NCBI GenBank assembly: GCA_008632985.1
Contig: QPGO01000027.1
Location: 682,001 to 714,191, forward strand
Reading direction: 5' to 3'
Source: Psammoneis japonica
Taxonomy: Eukaryota
DNA: 32,191 nt
Of the stretch, positions 1 through 11,430 are shown in pieces. Numbering within the stretch: the stretch's first letter is position 1; each line of letters begins with the position of its first letter. The position numbers and the translations under genes were made by a program. Under the pieces are notes generated by a model, which saw only the letters and a list, made by a program, of their open reading frames with translations, did no database searches and was not told the DNA's origin.

Positions 1-3
1 CGC

Positions 4-969
4 TTGCACGATTTCTTTGACTTGGTGATTGGAAGCTTGCCGAATAACCTCACAGATGAAAATGATGAGGATGACGAAGAAACGAAAAAGATAGAGTGCT
101 GGCTCCAGTGGGCTGCGAAAAAGCATCCGAAAGTCTTTCTGAAAAAATGCAAAGAGCTTCAGGAAACAGCGGAAGAATGTGAAAAGAAAAGGTTGAAAAA
201 GGAACCCTTCCAGGCACCTCCGGATCTTGAAATGTACGACGGGGGAGACCGTGAGGAACCTTTGCACGTGAATTGGAATATCATGTACCGGGCGCTCAAA
301 GCCTACAAGGAAGAGCACGGCGACTGTTTGGTATCGTCCAGATCAAAGGAACACCCACCCGAGCAGGAGGAGCGACTGAAAAAGCTTTCTCGCTGGATAA
401 ATTCTCAGCGATCGGCGAGACGCCAGAAGAGTGCTTCCTTAACATCGAAGCGTATAGAACTGCTGGATTCGATTGGATTTGCGTGGGAACTCAACCGGGA
501 CCACGCGAACCACGTGGATGACGTTCGCTTTCAAAAGGCAATCGCTGCCAAACTCTTCTTCCAAGAAACCTTGACAGCTAAAGAAGCCATGCTCATGTCG
601 GGGTACCCGCTAGAGGAAGCCACAAATGACAACAGAAAAAAGAACATGAACAACATTGTGTGCCGTTTCTACTCGAAAAGGTTCAAATGCTCCAATGCAG
701 TCGAAAAAATCTTAGGTATTCTTCAGCAAACCTATTTGGGCAACGAAGAAGCAGTTCTCCAACAGGTTTTTGGAACACACGACATTGTACCAACTTTGAT
801 CCAACAGGGCAAGCTGGTTGCTCGTCCTGCAAAGCGACAAAGTGCTGATGGCGACGATGATGATACCAATCACAGCCACGAGAGCAACAGCGACGACATG
901 AATCGTTCACCGCCCCGGAAACGACCGGCCTTACCCTTGCAGCGGTACCAAGACCGATATTGGACGTGA
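4..969 (+). CDS. Helicase-associated (HA) domain protein, probably 5'-truncated by the window edge
   Basis: One HA-type unit: WNIMYRALKAYKEEHGDCLV...LSRWINSQRSARRQ...LTSKRIELLDSIGFAWE. The ORF is open from the window start (TTG, not ATG). Basic PPRKRP (NLS-like) motif near the C-terminus. Confidence 0.8.
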   Translation: MHDFFDLVIGSLPNNLTDENDEDDEETKKIECWLQWAAKKHPKVFLKKCKELQETAEECEKKRLKKEPFQAPPDLEMYDGGDREEPLHVNWNIMYRALKAYKEEHGDCLVSSRSKEHPPEQEERLKKLSRWINSQRSARRQKSASLTSKRIELLDSIGFAWELNRDHANHVDDVRFQKAIAAKLFFQETLTAKEAMLMSGYPLEEATNDNRKKNMNNIVCRFYSKRFKCSNAVEKILGILQQTYLGNEEAVLQQVFGTHDIVPTLIQQGKLVARPAKRQSADGDDDDTNHSHESNSDDMNRSPPRKRPALPLQRYQDRYWT

Positions 970-1382
970 CCTTGTGCGTGGACACATCTTGCAATTGCTG
1001 TTCCCTCGGTAGTCCTCCAATCTCCTCCTGGTATCAGTGGATCTTCCGTGTCGCAGTTCTCTGTTGAGGTGGTGTCGAAAGTAAGAGTTTAGGACAGTCT
1101 GTATAGCTAACTCTGGAGTAACCGAGGTGCACTTTGTTACTCTCTGTACTAAAAATATTGACGTCTACTAGCTATAGCAAACCAAAACGGTAGCCAATTC
1201 ATATAGTTGAAGGGGGTTCCCGCGATGTTGTTGTTGTTGTGTAATTTCTTTTGCAATTTGGATTCCAAGGAGAAACTAATTCTCTCCCATTCTCAAATGA
1301 AGCTATGCACCCAGCTTAGTTTGGATCAGCACCTCTCGTAGAGACAGACTACGTGCATCTGAAACTCTTCGTATTTTCTCAT

Positions 1383-3031
1383 TTACCCAAACAGAACAGT
1401 AGACATTGATACTGCCAGTACCCACGATACAGTGGTTGTACTCGGACTCCATGTTGCGGACTGCGAATCCATGGGAGAAGGACCAGGCGTAGCGGTAGTT
1501 GGGGAAGGACAAGCTGACCCATCGCTCACCTGTCTCTGAAGCACCAGTGTCGCTTCTTCGTTGGTAGACAGAAATTCAAATACGTTGTACGCACACCGAT
1601 ACACCGCTTGAATGTGATCACCTTCAAGCGGGTTACCAAGAAAGGTTGACCCATCTACAACATTTTCATGTGCAAAAAGATCTGTGGTGAACTGATAGGA
1701 TGGGATGATTGAATCTTGAGGACTGAAACACAAGGTCGTATTTGATGTGATGTTGGACCAGTCTTTCACAATGCCGTTGCTCAGGATCGCCTCGCATAGC
1801 AGTTCCGTCGTTGCATCAACAGCCTCACTTTGACAAGGATTCGTGAGGTTCAAGGCATTTGCCTCTCGAGCGAGGATGAGTAAATTTTCGTTCACAATTT
1901 TAAGGGGGTAATCCATTGGCATCAATTGAAACCATTCCTCCCCTGAGACTGGATCAGGACTTTTTAGCCATGCCACGACATTTCGATTAAAATCATCCGG
2001 GTTCATCCACTCGGGATGAAGACCCGTTTGGTCAGTTCCAGTGTTTGCTAAGCCAGGCAACTCGATGCTATAAGCAAAGGGTAGGAGTGCAGCATCCGTC
2101 CAGAGGTAGAAGTTGTCGCGTATCGGACCTACTGCTCCCAAGTCGTAGCTCTCGACGACAAATGCGAAGAACATGTCAACATCGAGAACAGGAGCATTTA
2201 CAAAAGCGTTCAAAATATCAATCTCCATGTCTTGATAGGTAAAGATGGATGCAGCTGCCGCGTAACCTCCTTCGCTGTCACCGGAAACGGTCAGAGTGTT
2301 ACTCAGGGTCGTACAACCGTTCGTGGTTTGGCTAATCCAGTCCTGGACGCCTCGAAAGGCAACAGCTGCTGCTTGACCATAACTCTCCTTGATTAAGTAT
2401 GGTCGATTGTGGGTCGACAGACTTTCTCCATACCCCAGCATGTCTGGCGCGATGCCCACACCGCCCTTGCTCGCGGCAAAAGCGGTCTCAAAATAGCCAT
2501 AAGCAAGCAGCATGTCTCCCGTCTCTACAGTGGCAGGTTCTCTCGGCCAAAGCTCAGTGCCAGCTGAGGATACATCTATGACTGTTCCTCGATAGTATAA
2601 TATGCTGCGTAGAGTGCCGCTCACAATCTCTTTGGAGGAATACATCGGTACAAAGACAAGGGACGAGTGAGTCGCATTGCTTCCATACTTGTTCTCATCA
2701 CAAAGGACGAGCAAATCTTATAGACTTTCGTATCGTACCGCATTTGGGACTCCAAACCTTGCAAGTTGGAATCGATCAGTTCTGTATTGCTTGCTCCAAG
2801 CAGGAACGAATAAAACAGTCTCATCACGAACACGAGCTCCTCCCGGGAAAACATGCCAATTTCTTCATTACAGGCGCGCCCATCCGTGTCTTGCTGCAAT
2901 CGATGCTGTCGAAGAGAGTTCCATGATGGGAAAAGATCCAAATTTGGGGTATTAGCCGTTGCGTAAAGAGCAACGGCGTTGCTGCTCGCAAGAAACACGA
3001 GTGCTGGGGCGAGAAATCGAAAAAGTAGCAT
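1383..3031 (-). CDS. Secreted lipase-like alpha/beta hydrolase with GPI-like tail; frameshift near 2702
   Basis: Signal peptide MLLFRFLAPALVFLASSNAVA, APDMLGYGES, nucleophile elbow GDSEGG, candidate Asp (SPQDSIIP) and His (GDH), then a P/S/T-rich spacer and hydrophobic C-terminus. The two ORFs (2621..3031, 1383..2714) join if one T is added to TTT at 2702-2704. Confidence 0.7.
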
Positions 3032-3690
3032 CTTTCTGTTTATTGCGAGAATCTACCCAAGTCGTATTCTTCTACTCGCTAGAAGTAGAATCGAGTGTAT
3101 AAATATTAGCACCCTGCTGGTAATAAGGTTGATATGATAGTTGATAGTGGGGGTGTTGTGTTGTTGTTTGGTGTTGATCACCGCATTGTCGTTCTTTCTG
3201 CTTCCGTTCCCTGCTTCGAGATTTCAACTCAATTTAGATATAACATATTATGATCAATTACATTTTTAATGATTGAGTCTTGAAGAGCAATCACACGACT
3301 GAAGAGTTGTGTTCTCTTTTTTTCTGCCTTTTGTCGCTCGTGTCGTCGTTCTTCGATAAGGCTATTACAGTACAGCAAATGATTCTGGGGGTGTGGCAAA
3401 AAGCCGACCCTCTCTCTCCACTACTCTAGAGAGTAGAATGGATCGGGGAAGCTGCAGCAGGTGGCATGAAATGAGTCCTCTCTCTATCGTTTTCTGAGTC
3501 TATTCTTCATGTTGCGTTTCAACGAGTTCCATCCTCCTTCAATGCTTGAGTTTGAAGTACAGCACCGTAATTTCTGCGTTCTGCACGAATAATACAGGGC
3601 GCCGAATTTCGGCAAACGGTCCAGGTGTTCTTTTCCTAATTTCTATGATAAGAGCTTCCGCCGAGATCCTCGTAGCAGGCATCTTGATTT

Positions 3691-6600
3691 TTATATTACA
3701 GTCCACTTGTTCGGCACAGTCATGAAATACCGCTCCATTGCATTCGTAAAGCGTGCCTTGTACAACGGAGGCTGAATAATAGTCGGAGCTTCACTCCCCA
3801 CAACCATGGGGAGACTCTTTCCGACACGCTCCATCTGCTTCAAAATGTCGTACTGGCGCATAAAGTCTATGATTCCCACTACAAGTTCCATTTTCTCCTC
3901 GTCAATACCAACCAGGATCGAATAATCGAGAACATTGATAATGGATAGAAATAGAGTGTCCTGAAGGAAGTAGAAAAGTGGGTGCGAATCATGAGAAACT
4001 GCAGTACACTGTCGTGAAGCAAAGACACTCGAAAAAGCGCACAAGCACGATGCTTACATTGAGAACACTCATGTGAAATACGGCCTTGGCTCTATCGGTC
4101 AAAGGCAGGGGACGACCATTCGTGAATTCCAAAAAGTCACCATCCAAAAGAGTAGCCATTGGTGCCGGTGTCATCTGCTCAGCTGCGGCATTGCCTTTAT
4201 CTTGTGATTCTGGTTCACTTTCGATAGAAACGGCGGTCGACGTGCCAACAGGAGTGTCCTCGTCGCCGAGCTCAGAACCCGACGCAGTTCGTGCAGCCAC
4301 CTTGTCTTTGGCGAATCGACCGCGAAGTGAACCCTTTAAGTCGAATATCTTCGAGATCTTCCTACCGTAAAAGATGTTCTTCATACACGAAAGAAATATC
4401 AAATGTTCAGCACAGAGAAATCACACAGCTAAACCTTCCGCGCAAGGCAACGTACCTGCATTATTGCGACCTGATTCAAACGTAAGAAAAAATATCAGGA
4501 ATTCATGTGTTGTCGAAGCTAACAAGGAGGAAATTAGCAAGATGAAACTCTCTTCTCACCTGAGTCATTTCACGTTTGCCTGTCTCTCGATCGTGATAGC
4601 CAATCTGATACACGCCCACAATTTTGCATAGAACCGTTGGTAAACCATGAAAGAACGCTTTGCTCAGGTACTCAAAGTAAGCGGGGGCGCAGTCGAGAAA
4701 CATCTGAAGTTCTGTTCTTGAAATGCACTTGATGACAAAGCGATCGTCAGCCGTCCGCGCAAAACTCGCCCCACTCTTTCCTCCACTTGCCGCCCATGGG
4801 AAAGATGACGACAAAGTTTGAATGTAAAATTTCTCCACGTCGCTCGGAGAAGGCTGGGTAGATGATGCTCCACCAGATTGCGAATGATCTTTTCCGGCCA
4901 AGAAGGCTTGGCGTACTGCATGAAATTGAGTAGCCCAGTAGGCGGTGCAAACGAACTTGCATGTTTGTTGTCCTTTTTCGTCGAAATCACGGAAAGTCGT
5001 TTTGATGTGCGACTTATTTCGGAGAAGCATGCGGCGTTCGATATCCTTTTTGCCGTTAGGTGTGGGAGCGGGTGCAGGATTCGGGCTGGATTTTTTAGAT
5101 ACTGACAGTTTTTCGGTTTGCCTGTCTTTCCGACTGGATGGCGGCGGTGAAGATTTGACCCCCTTTCGACTATGGCGGCGCTGCTGCTGTGGTATAGTCG
5201 GATCCTTCGCAATGCCCGTATCCTCCGAAGACCGACTGCTCGCTGATGACTGTGATTGCTTCTCTGTACCAGACGGTAACTCGCCCTTCGAGAACTGCTC
5301 AAACTGTTTGGCATATTCAGCGGTAGAAAGAGAGTATGCTACGACCGTGCTAGGCATGTCATCCATCACAGGAATCACCACACCACCAACTCCAACAGCC
5401 AATCGAGGTCTACCTTGATTGAAAATACCAAGATCGACGACATACGGGTCTAGCTCCTTTCCACCACGATTGAAAAAGCGATTGAATGCTGACTTGACTG
5501 CCCCACCTGGGGTAACGGTTTTGCTCTTTGCACTCTGTGAATTATGTAGGCCAGGGACTGGAGAAGCATCTCTATTATGTCGAGAACCATGTCTTTGGCG
5601 TCCGTTGTCTTGGTGTTGCGCAGCGGGTGTTCCCAGAGACTTCCTCGGTCTTCCTTCGCGGTCGCTGCCTGACTGCAGAGAGTTCATGGGCTTTGAGTTG
5701 TATAGTCTTCTCCTTGACGCAAGAACGTCCGCGTCGACTCCGTCAGCAAAGTCGCCTGTGCCTTCGGCATCCCAATCATCGTCATACTCCTGCTCCTGGT
5801 TCTGCCCCCCGTTGCCGATAATGGTAGGAAGCACCGTGGTGATGTCTGTCATATTGTACTGGGAATAAACCTCATTGAGCTCCCTAATGCGTCTCATGCA
5901 CTCCATAAGATCATCGCTTCTACCATCACCCACAATCCCTGGGACTACATTAGGAGCTATGGCAACGTCACCACGCTGTGCTTCTGCGGCTAGTTTCTTC
6001 ATGGCTCCGAGCGCCTGTCCAATGGCACTTAGTCTCTCATTCCAAGCCGACGTCAACATGAAGAGATATCGCCTCGAGAACCAAGGAAAACGAAATAGCG
6101 CTTCGTTGACAATACCGCCTACATTCCTTGACGATTTCGGCACCTTTCTGCACTTATCAGATACCGAGGCAATTTTATCCTGTAGAGTCTTTGCCGCATG
6201 GTCGACCTCGGAGCCTATAGAGGACAATTCAGCAAGTACCGTCTGAAGATGTTCTGGTCGATTTGCGGCCGATCCTAGGAGCGATCGCGCCTCCCTCGAT
6301 ATCTTCTCAATGTGTTCATCGAAACGAACGAAGAGTTTAGCAGATGACACAGAGATTGTCTCCAAGTGTTGAATCGCTTCTGATCGATGGAACGACTCGT
6401 TGATCGGGAGACTTCTTCGGGCGAACACACCGAATGGCTTCACCCTCTCATACGTGAACCGGGCTGCAAGTTGACCGCAACCGAAATACAGCGTGCCTTG
6501 CGACTGCATTTGGCAGCTACATCTGTGGTCGGGTGAATTCATCAGTGCGTCCCGATTGTAAAATACAGATTCCAAAAATTTGCCAAAGCTAAACTTCCAG

Positions 6601-9600
6601 GTCTCTTCGCCGATATAAACCAACGGCGTAACGACTTTATCACAGTGTCTGCAATAGGTCCAGGTTGCAATCGGGCTGTCGACATCTGGGTTTCCGGCAT
6701 TTTGCAATTCTTCTTCTGAAACTGCCTGAGTCTTACCCCCGGATGCTTGCAGCGGAGACGGTGGAAGCGGATCATCCATTTGCTCAACCTTTCGATGCCA
6801 AAGTGATCAAATCACAATGCATTAGCGGTTTCAACAAAAAATGTGGAGAGATAGCAGTTTACTTACCGTGATGTTGATGAGACCATCGTTGTGGACAAAA
6901 GAAAGTGAATGGTCCAATACAGATTTTTTGCAAGTCGAGTTTTGGCATTTCAGAGACAAGTTGAAGCACGAGTCTCTAAGAAACTGTCCAAGTGACACGT
7001 CTTGGAGTGAATAGTAGCAAATACCCTTGACTTCTGCTGGGCAACACTGTGTTGTGCCAGTCATCCACACAGACGTGATGAGTATTGACTGATGGTCCAG
7101 TGCAGTGACCCTGCCGGAGGCAGACCGCTGGTTGGTTTCGCTATTTCTGCCATTCCAGGGTCGCAGATTTCGTCCATTCGGGGGGCGACCGTAATCGACA
7201 CACAGCGACGAGCTGTAAAGGTGCTCCGGCTTGACCTTGAACGATTCGGGTAGCCTGCAATAGCGTTCTTTAAGGTAGCTAGTCTCCAACTTCAGGTTGT
7301 ACGCAACATTTACCAGAAAGCGAAATACTCTCTTCACTTGTTTGAGAGCAGCTCTACTGGCGCCTCTCAACACAACCGAGCATCCGAGGTGTTTTGGGCA
7401 ACCCTCCAACAGAATGTAAGTTTGAGCTACTCCACGTTTTGCCAGCCCTCGTTTGACAGCTTCAGTGCCATCAAGCACGTGCTCACCCAAAACGTTTGCA
7501 GCCAAGGCAGCCTGGCGCTCGTGGTTGCTCAGCGATGTGTCAGCCAGCAGGTATTCAATTATCCGCGCCTGGCTCTTTGTGCCATTCTTCAACGAACCTG
7601 ATGGGTGCTTCTCAGGTATGCTGCGAATGTCGTCAATCCAACTTTCATTATCTCGGAATGATACCAGACGAAAGCGGCGGCAGTTGCCTGAACGGACGCA
7701 AGAAAAGACGGCTGAGTGAACAGGATATGCGCTTCAGCTTCAGGCGATACCGTTGTTGCTTACCTAAAACGCTCTCGTTGAACTGATTCAAGGTAATGTG
7801 GTCCGTGCTAGAAATAATCGTAGCTCCCGTCTGTCTTGAGATACGGCTCATTAACGTGGACTTGACATGCTGTACAAGCACCACGCTTGCTCGAAGAAAC
7901 AACTCTTGCGCTTTGCGTGACACCATTCTCCCGACCAACAAGATATCCGGTTTCAACTTGAGAATCTTTCCAACCAGAATTTCCATGTACTTTTCTTCTT
8001 GTTCCAAAAGCGTGTCCAAGGAAGCAATCTGATTTTCAGCCCGGGTAAATTCAATACCACCACTCAAAAGCATGATACGGGGGTTGCGAATTTCCTTTGC
8101 CATTCGTTTGTGACTCACATTCTTTCGAAAGACTACGCCAGACAAGTAGGCGCAGTCCTGATGTGACCCACCAGGAATCACTGCAACATTCGAAACACAT
8201 GTAGTGAATAAGATTCTTTCAAAAAGAGAAATCTAGCAACCAGCATTAAAAAAAAGAGCATTACGCACCTTTAACCTTGCAATACGGCCTCAGATCCAAC
8301 AAATCGCCTTCTCGGACATTGGGGTTGACGGTGGCACAACATCGCGTGGCTAACGTCATGAGCGTATTGACCCATTTGCTTAATTCTTTGGGATGTTCCT
8401 TGAGGAGGAGCGGTGCATCCGAAGTCAAGAGGGAGGTTCCTAAGAGTTCCAGGTGTGAGGCTGCCGTGAGTCCCAAGTGACGATTGGCGGCACCGACCAA
8501 CGTTTGCGCATTCCCCACGGACAAGGCGCTGGAGGACGTCTCGGAGGCATCGTTACGAGGACCAAAGGGAACAGTCTTGGCGTCATTATCTGTAATTGAG
8601 GGAGAGTCGTCCGTCAGGACGGGTGCATATGGCGGCGACGCTGGAGCTTCCTTGTTACCGGGTCGCGTGGGATCACGGCCGGTGTGTGGACCTTCTCGTG
8701 AAAGCTGATCCAATGGCGTAGCTGGATGCTTGCTATATTCCAGACGTCTTTGACTCAGTCCACTCAAAACTCCCCCTTCTTCCATTTGTTCCTTTAGAAT
8801 GGGTTGTAATGTTGGTGGTGTCTGTTCTGGTGGTTGCAACAAGCTAGCTTGTCGACTATGCTGTCCTTTGTCGCTCTTGGGGCTGGACGCCCCTCCATGG
8901 TGACTGCTGCTATGCTTAGACGGATTCTGTTGTTGAATAGTGTTGGAAGTGCCTTCAAAGCACATTTTGCAAACACGCATGGTGCTTCGGGTTTCTTGGT
9001 CGGCAAATTCAGACAGCTCGACAAAGTACGCACTACAGTTGGAGCAAAAGACTTGTCCACATAGACGACAGTGATGTCGTCTACGAAACACTGTAAAGGG
9101 AACATCACAAGCATAGCACTGTTTGCACAGCTTGTCTGGCATCCAATGCTGCCGGTCGTCTTGCTTGCGAAATGAAAAGGACCGCGGTGTCGTTGGCTCT
9201 GCCGCCGTATCATCCTTGCTATCCACTCCCGTGCTTTGTCGACCAAACGTTGGAGATAATAAATATTTCTTGACTGAAGAGGTTTGTGGCGGTGGTTCCT
9301 TGGCCATTGGTATGACTCCACCGTCGACCCACTCGCGTCGTTGAGAATCGTTCCATTCGTAAAAAGAAGTTTTCGTTTCTACAGTTTTGTTCTTTTTTCG
9401 TTCTTCTGGCGCAGCCGATGACAGCGACGATGTGGATGACTTTTTCCACTGTTTGGGAATAAGGCAAGTATTATTTTCGCGATCCTTCCACAACCCATCC
9501 TCGTCCTCATCCCAACCCTTGCTTTCTGACGTCTTTTGTTGAACCTGCTCCTGCTGTTGCTTTGGGGCTACTCGTTCGCCACTAGTACCCCACGACGCAC

Positions 9601-9787
9601 TTCCCTGATACGAGTCTTCTTCGTCACCGTCAAAGCCAACTACTCCACTGGCAACATTGGTTCCATAAGCGGGGAATTGCGAAAGCAGCTTGTCGGCCAA
9701 CTCGTCTTCGTTGTCTGTCAGGAGGGCAGTGTCGTCGTCTGATGAGAAAACGTCCTTGGGAGGAGGCTCATTTAACCAGCTGAACAT
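3691..9787 (-). CDS. FAB1: 1-phosphatidylinositol-3-phosphate 5-kinase (FAB1/PIKfyve)
   Basis: FYVE finger (WMPD..CYAC..RRRHHCRLCGQVFC), Cpn60/TCP1-like domain (KVKVIPGG..GVVFRKNV), PIPK domain (GGKSGASF, FDLKGS, DYSILVG, GIIDF, PTII.P..YK.RF). GT-AG introns that restore the frame: 8181-8268, 7688-7763, 6789-6866, 4471-4559, 4379-4455, 3961-4057. Confidence 0.95.
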
Positions 9788-10466
9788 TCTTGCCGTAACA
9801 ATTTAAGAAGTCCTTAACCTTAGGAATCAACAATGCGTCCTTATGTGCCTCAAGAAGGTATGGTAGATGCAGCTAAGGGGCGCTTCTCTTTGTGTGATTT
9901 CGCCGGCCTTCGGCTTCGCGGCCATTGTGTATCGAGCGACATCCGACAAATTCCGACCTCGTGAGCGAGCTCGTGAGCGCGAGCGTCCGTTGAGCAGAGT
10001 TCCGATGATGAGAACCCAATCTATATACTACCTACAATTCTGTATATGATAAAACAACGACTGACACCGAAGAACACGACCAGACCAGATCCTTCGAGTT
10101 CGCAGGACCATGACACGAACATTCATTACGGACGGTACCTGCAAGGATCATCATGCAAGAAGGAAGTTGGCGATCAAACAGCGCATTGATGGAATATCCG
10201 ATTCTCTGGAAGTTTTTGCCAATTACGTACCACCATTCCGTTACATTAGCTAAAAACGTAAATGTTGAAACGACGCAATGTTGTTTATGCATGCTACTTT
10301 GAAATTACACTCTCTACTCATAATTATAGCTCATACAGTACAGTATTATTCTATGCATCACTCTTGAGCACCGCTAGGTTCTATTGTCTCTCTTTCGACA
10401 GTCCTTTCAAAGAACTGTCAGCATAAAAGACTTGTACAATTAGCATCGAAACATCACTGGCTCGAT

Positions 10467-10952
10467 CTAAGAAGTCGCCTTGGCATCTTCAACAACCTTC
10501 TTGGCTTGCTCTTGAAGGTCCGCAGCCTTCTTCTTGGCGTCTTCAACCGCTTTCTTGGCTTTTTCCTTGGCATCCGCCACCATTTTATCCGCCTGTTCGC
10601 TGGCTTGTGTCTTGGTTTCGGCCGCCTTCTTTTTCGCATCTTCTTGCAAGGCGTTTGCCTCTTCCTTTGCCTTTTTCTGAACGTCCTGCGCTTGCTTCTT
10701 TAGTTCATTTGCCATATCCTTGGCCTTGTCCATGGCTTCCTTGGCCTTGGCTTTGGCAGCCTGTTCCATCTCCTTGGCCTTTTCCTTGGCGGCTTTTTCG
10801 GCATCCGCCGCGGCCTTTTTCGCGTCTTCAGCCGCCTTCTTGCCCGCGTCTGCGGCGCTGTTGGCGGCATCCTTGAGACTGTCAGTCGACCAGCTGGCAG
10901 AGGCAGTGGACAAGACGCCAATGAGTAGAATGAAAAAGAGAGAAAGACGCAT
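10467..10952 (-). CDS. Secreted Ala/Lys/Glu-rich amphipathic helical protein, group-3 LEA-like
   Basis: Likely start MRLSLFFILLIGVLSTASA (signal peptide, ATG at 10952), followed by about ten 11-residue units (AKKAAADAEKA/AKEKAKEMEQA/AKAKAKEAMDK...). Confidence 0.7.
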   Translation of the reverse strand: MRLSLFFILLIGVLSTASASWSTDSLKDAANSAADAGKKAAEDAKKAAADAEKAAKEKAKEMEQAAKAKAKEAMDKAKDMANELKKQAQDVQKKAKEEANALQEDAKKKAAETKTQASEQADKMVADAKEKAKKAVEDAKKKAADLQEQAKKVVEDAKATS

Positions 10953-11430
10953 GATGGTGGTGTTGGTTATGTTGATGCCGGGAACAAGACAAGGTGGTGA
11001 TAGTGAGAGAGGTCGTTGTATGATTGACGTCTTGCGTCTTGCTCGATCAAAGATTTTGTGGGAACTGGATGGCATGGATCTTCAATCTCGCTGGAGGGGC
11101 AATATGAAAAAATCTTACTATTGACCCAATTGAGCATTTTCGAATAAATTAGCTTCGGAATGTGTCATGAGAGGCGTACCTACCATAGGGCAACTCCGAC
11201 GATCCGGTTCTGAGTACTGAATGTTGTAGCTTTTCACGTAGAAAATTTGTCAGTAAGTCTGTGCATACCCAGAGATATGATTCCTGCCCGAACACAACTG
11301 CCTCGATCAATCGGTCTTATTTGTTTGGGACAAAAACTTTATTCAATGGTCCATTTCCTGTTTATTTTCAGTACACGGATACCAAAATACCGCTTCATGC
11401 CATTTTTTCTCTGCACAATACGACCCCACC

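Noticed and set aside
9955..9990. CTCGTGAGCG repeated twice upstream of FAB1
   Set aside because: Too short to assign a regulatory function from sequence alone.
10953..11075. N-terminal extension of the 202-aa ORF
   Set aside because: The signal peptide starts at ATG 10952; the upstream CAA/CAC-rich sequence looks like 5' UTR.
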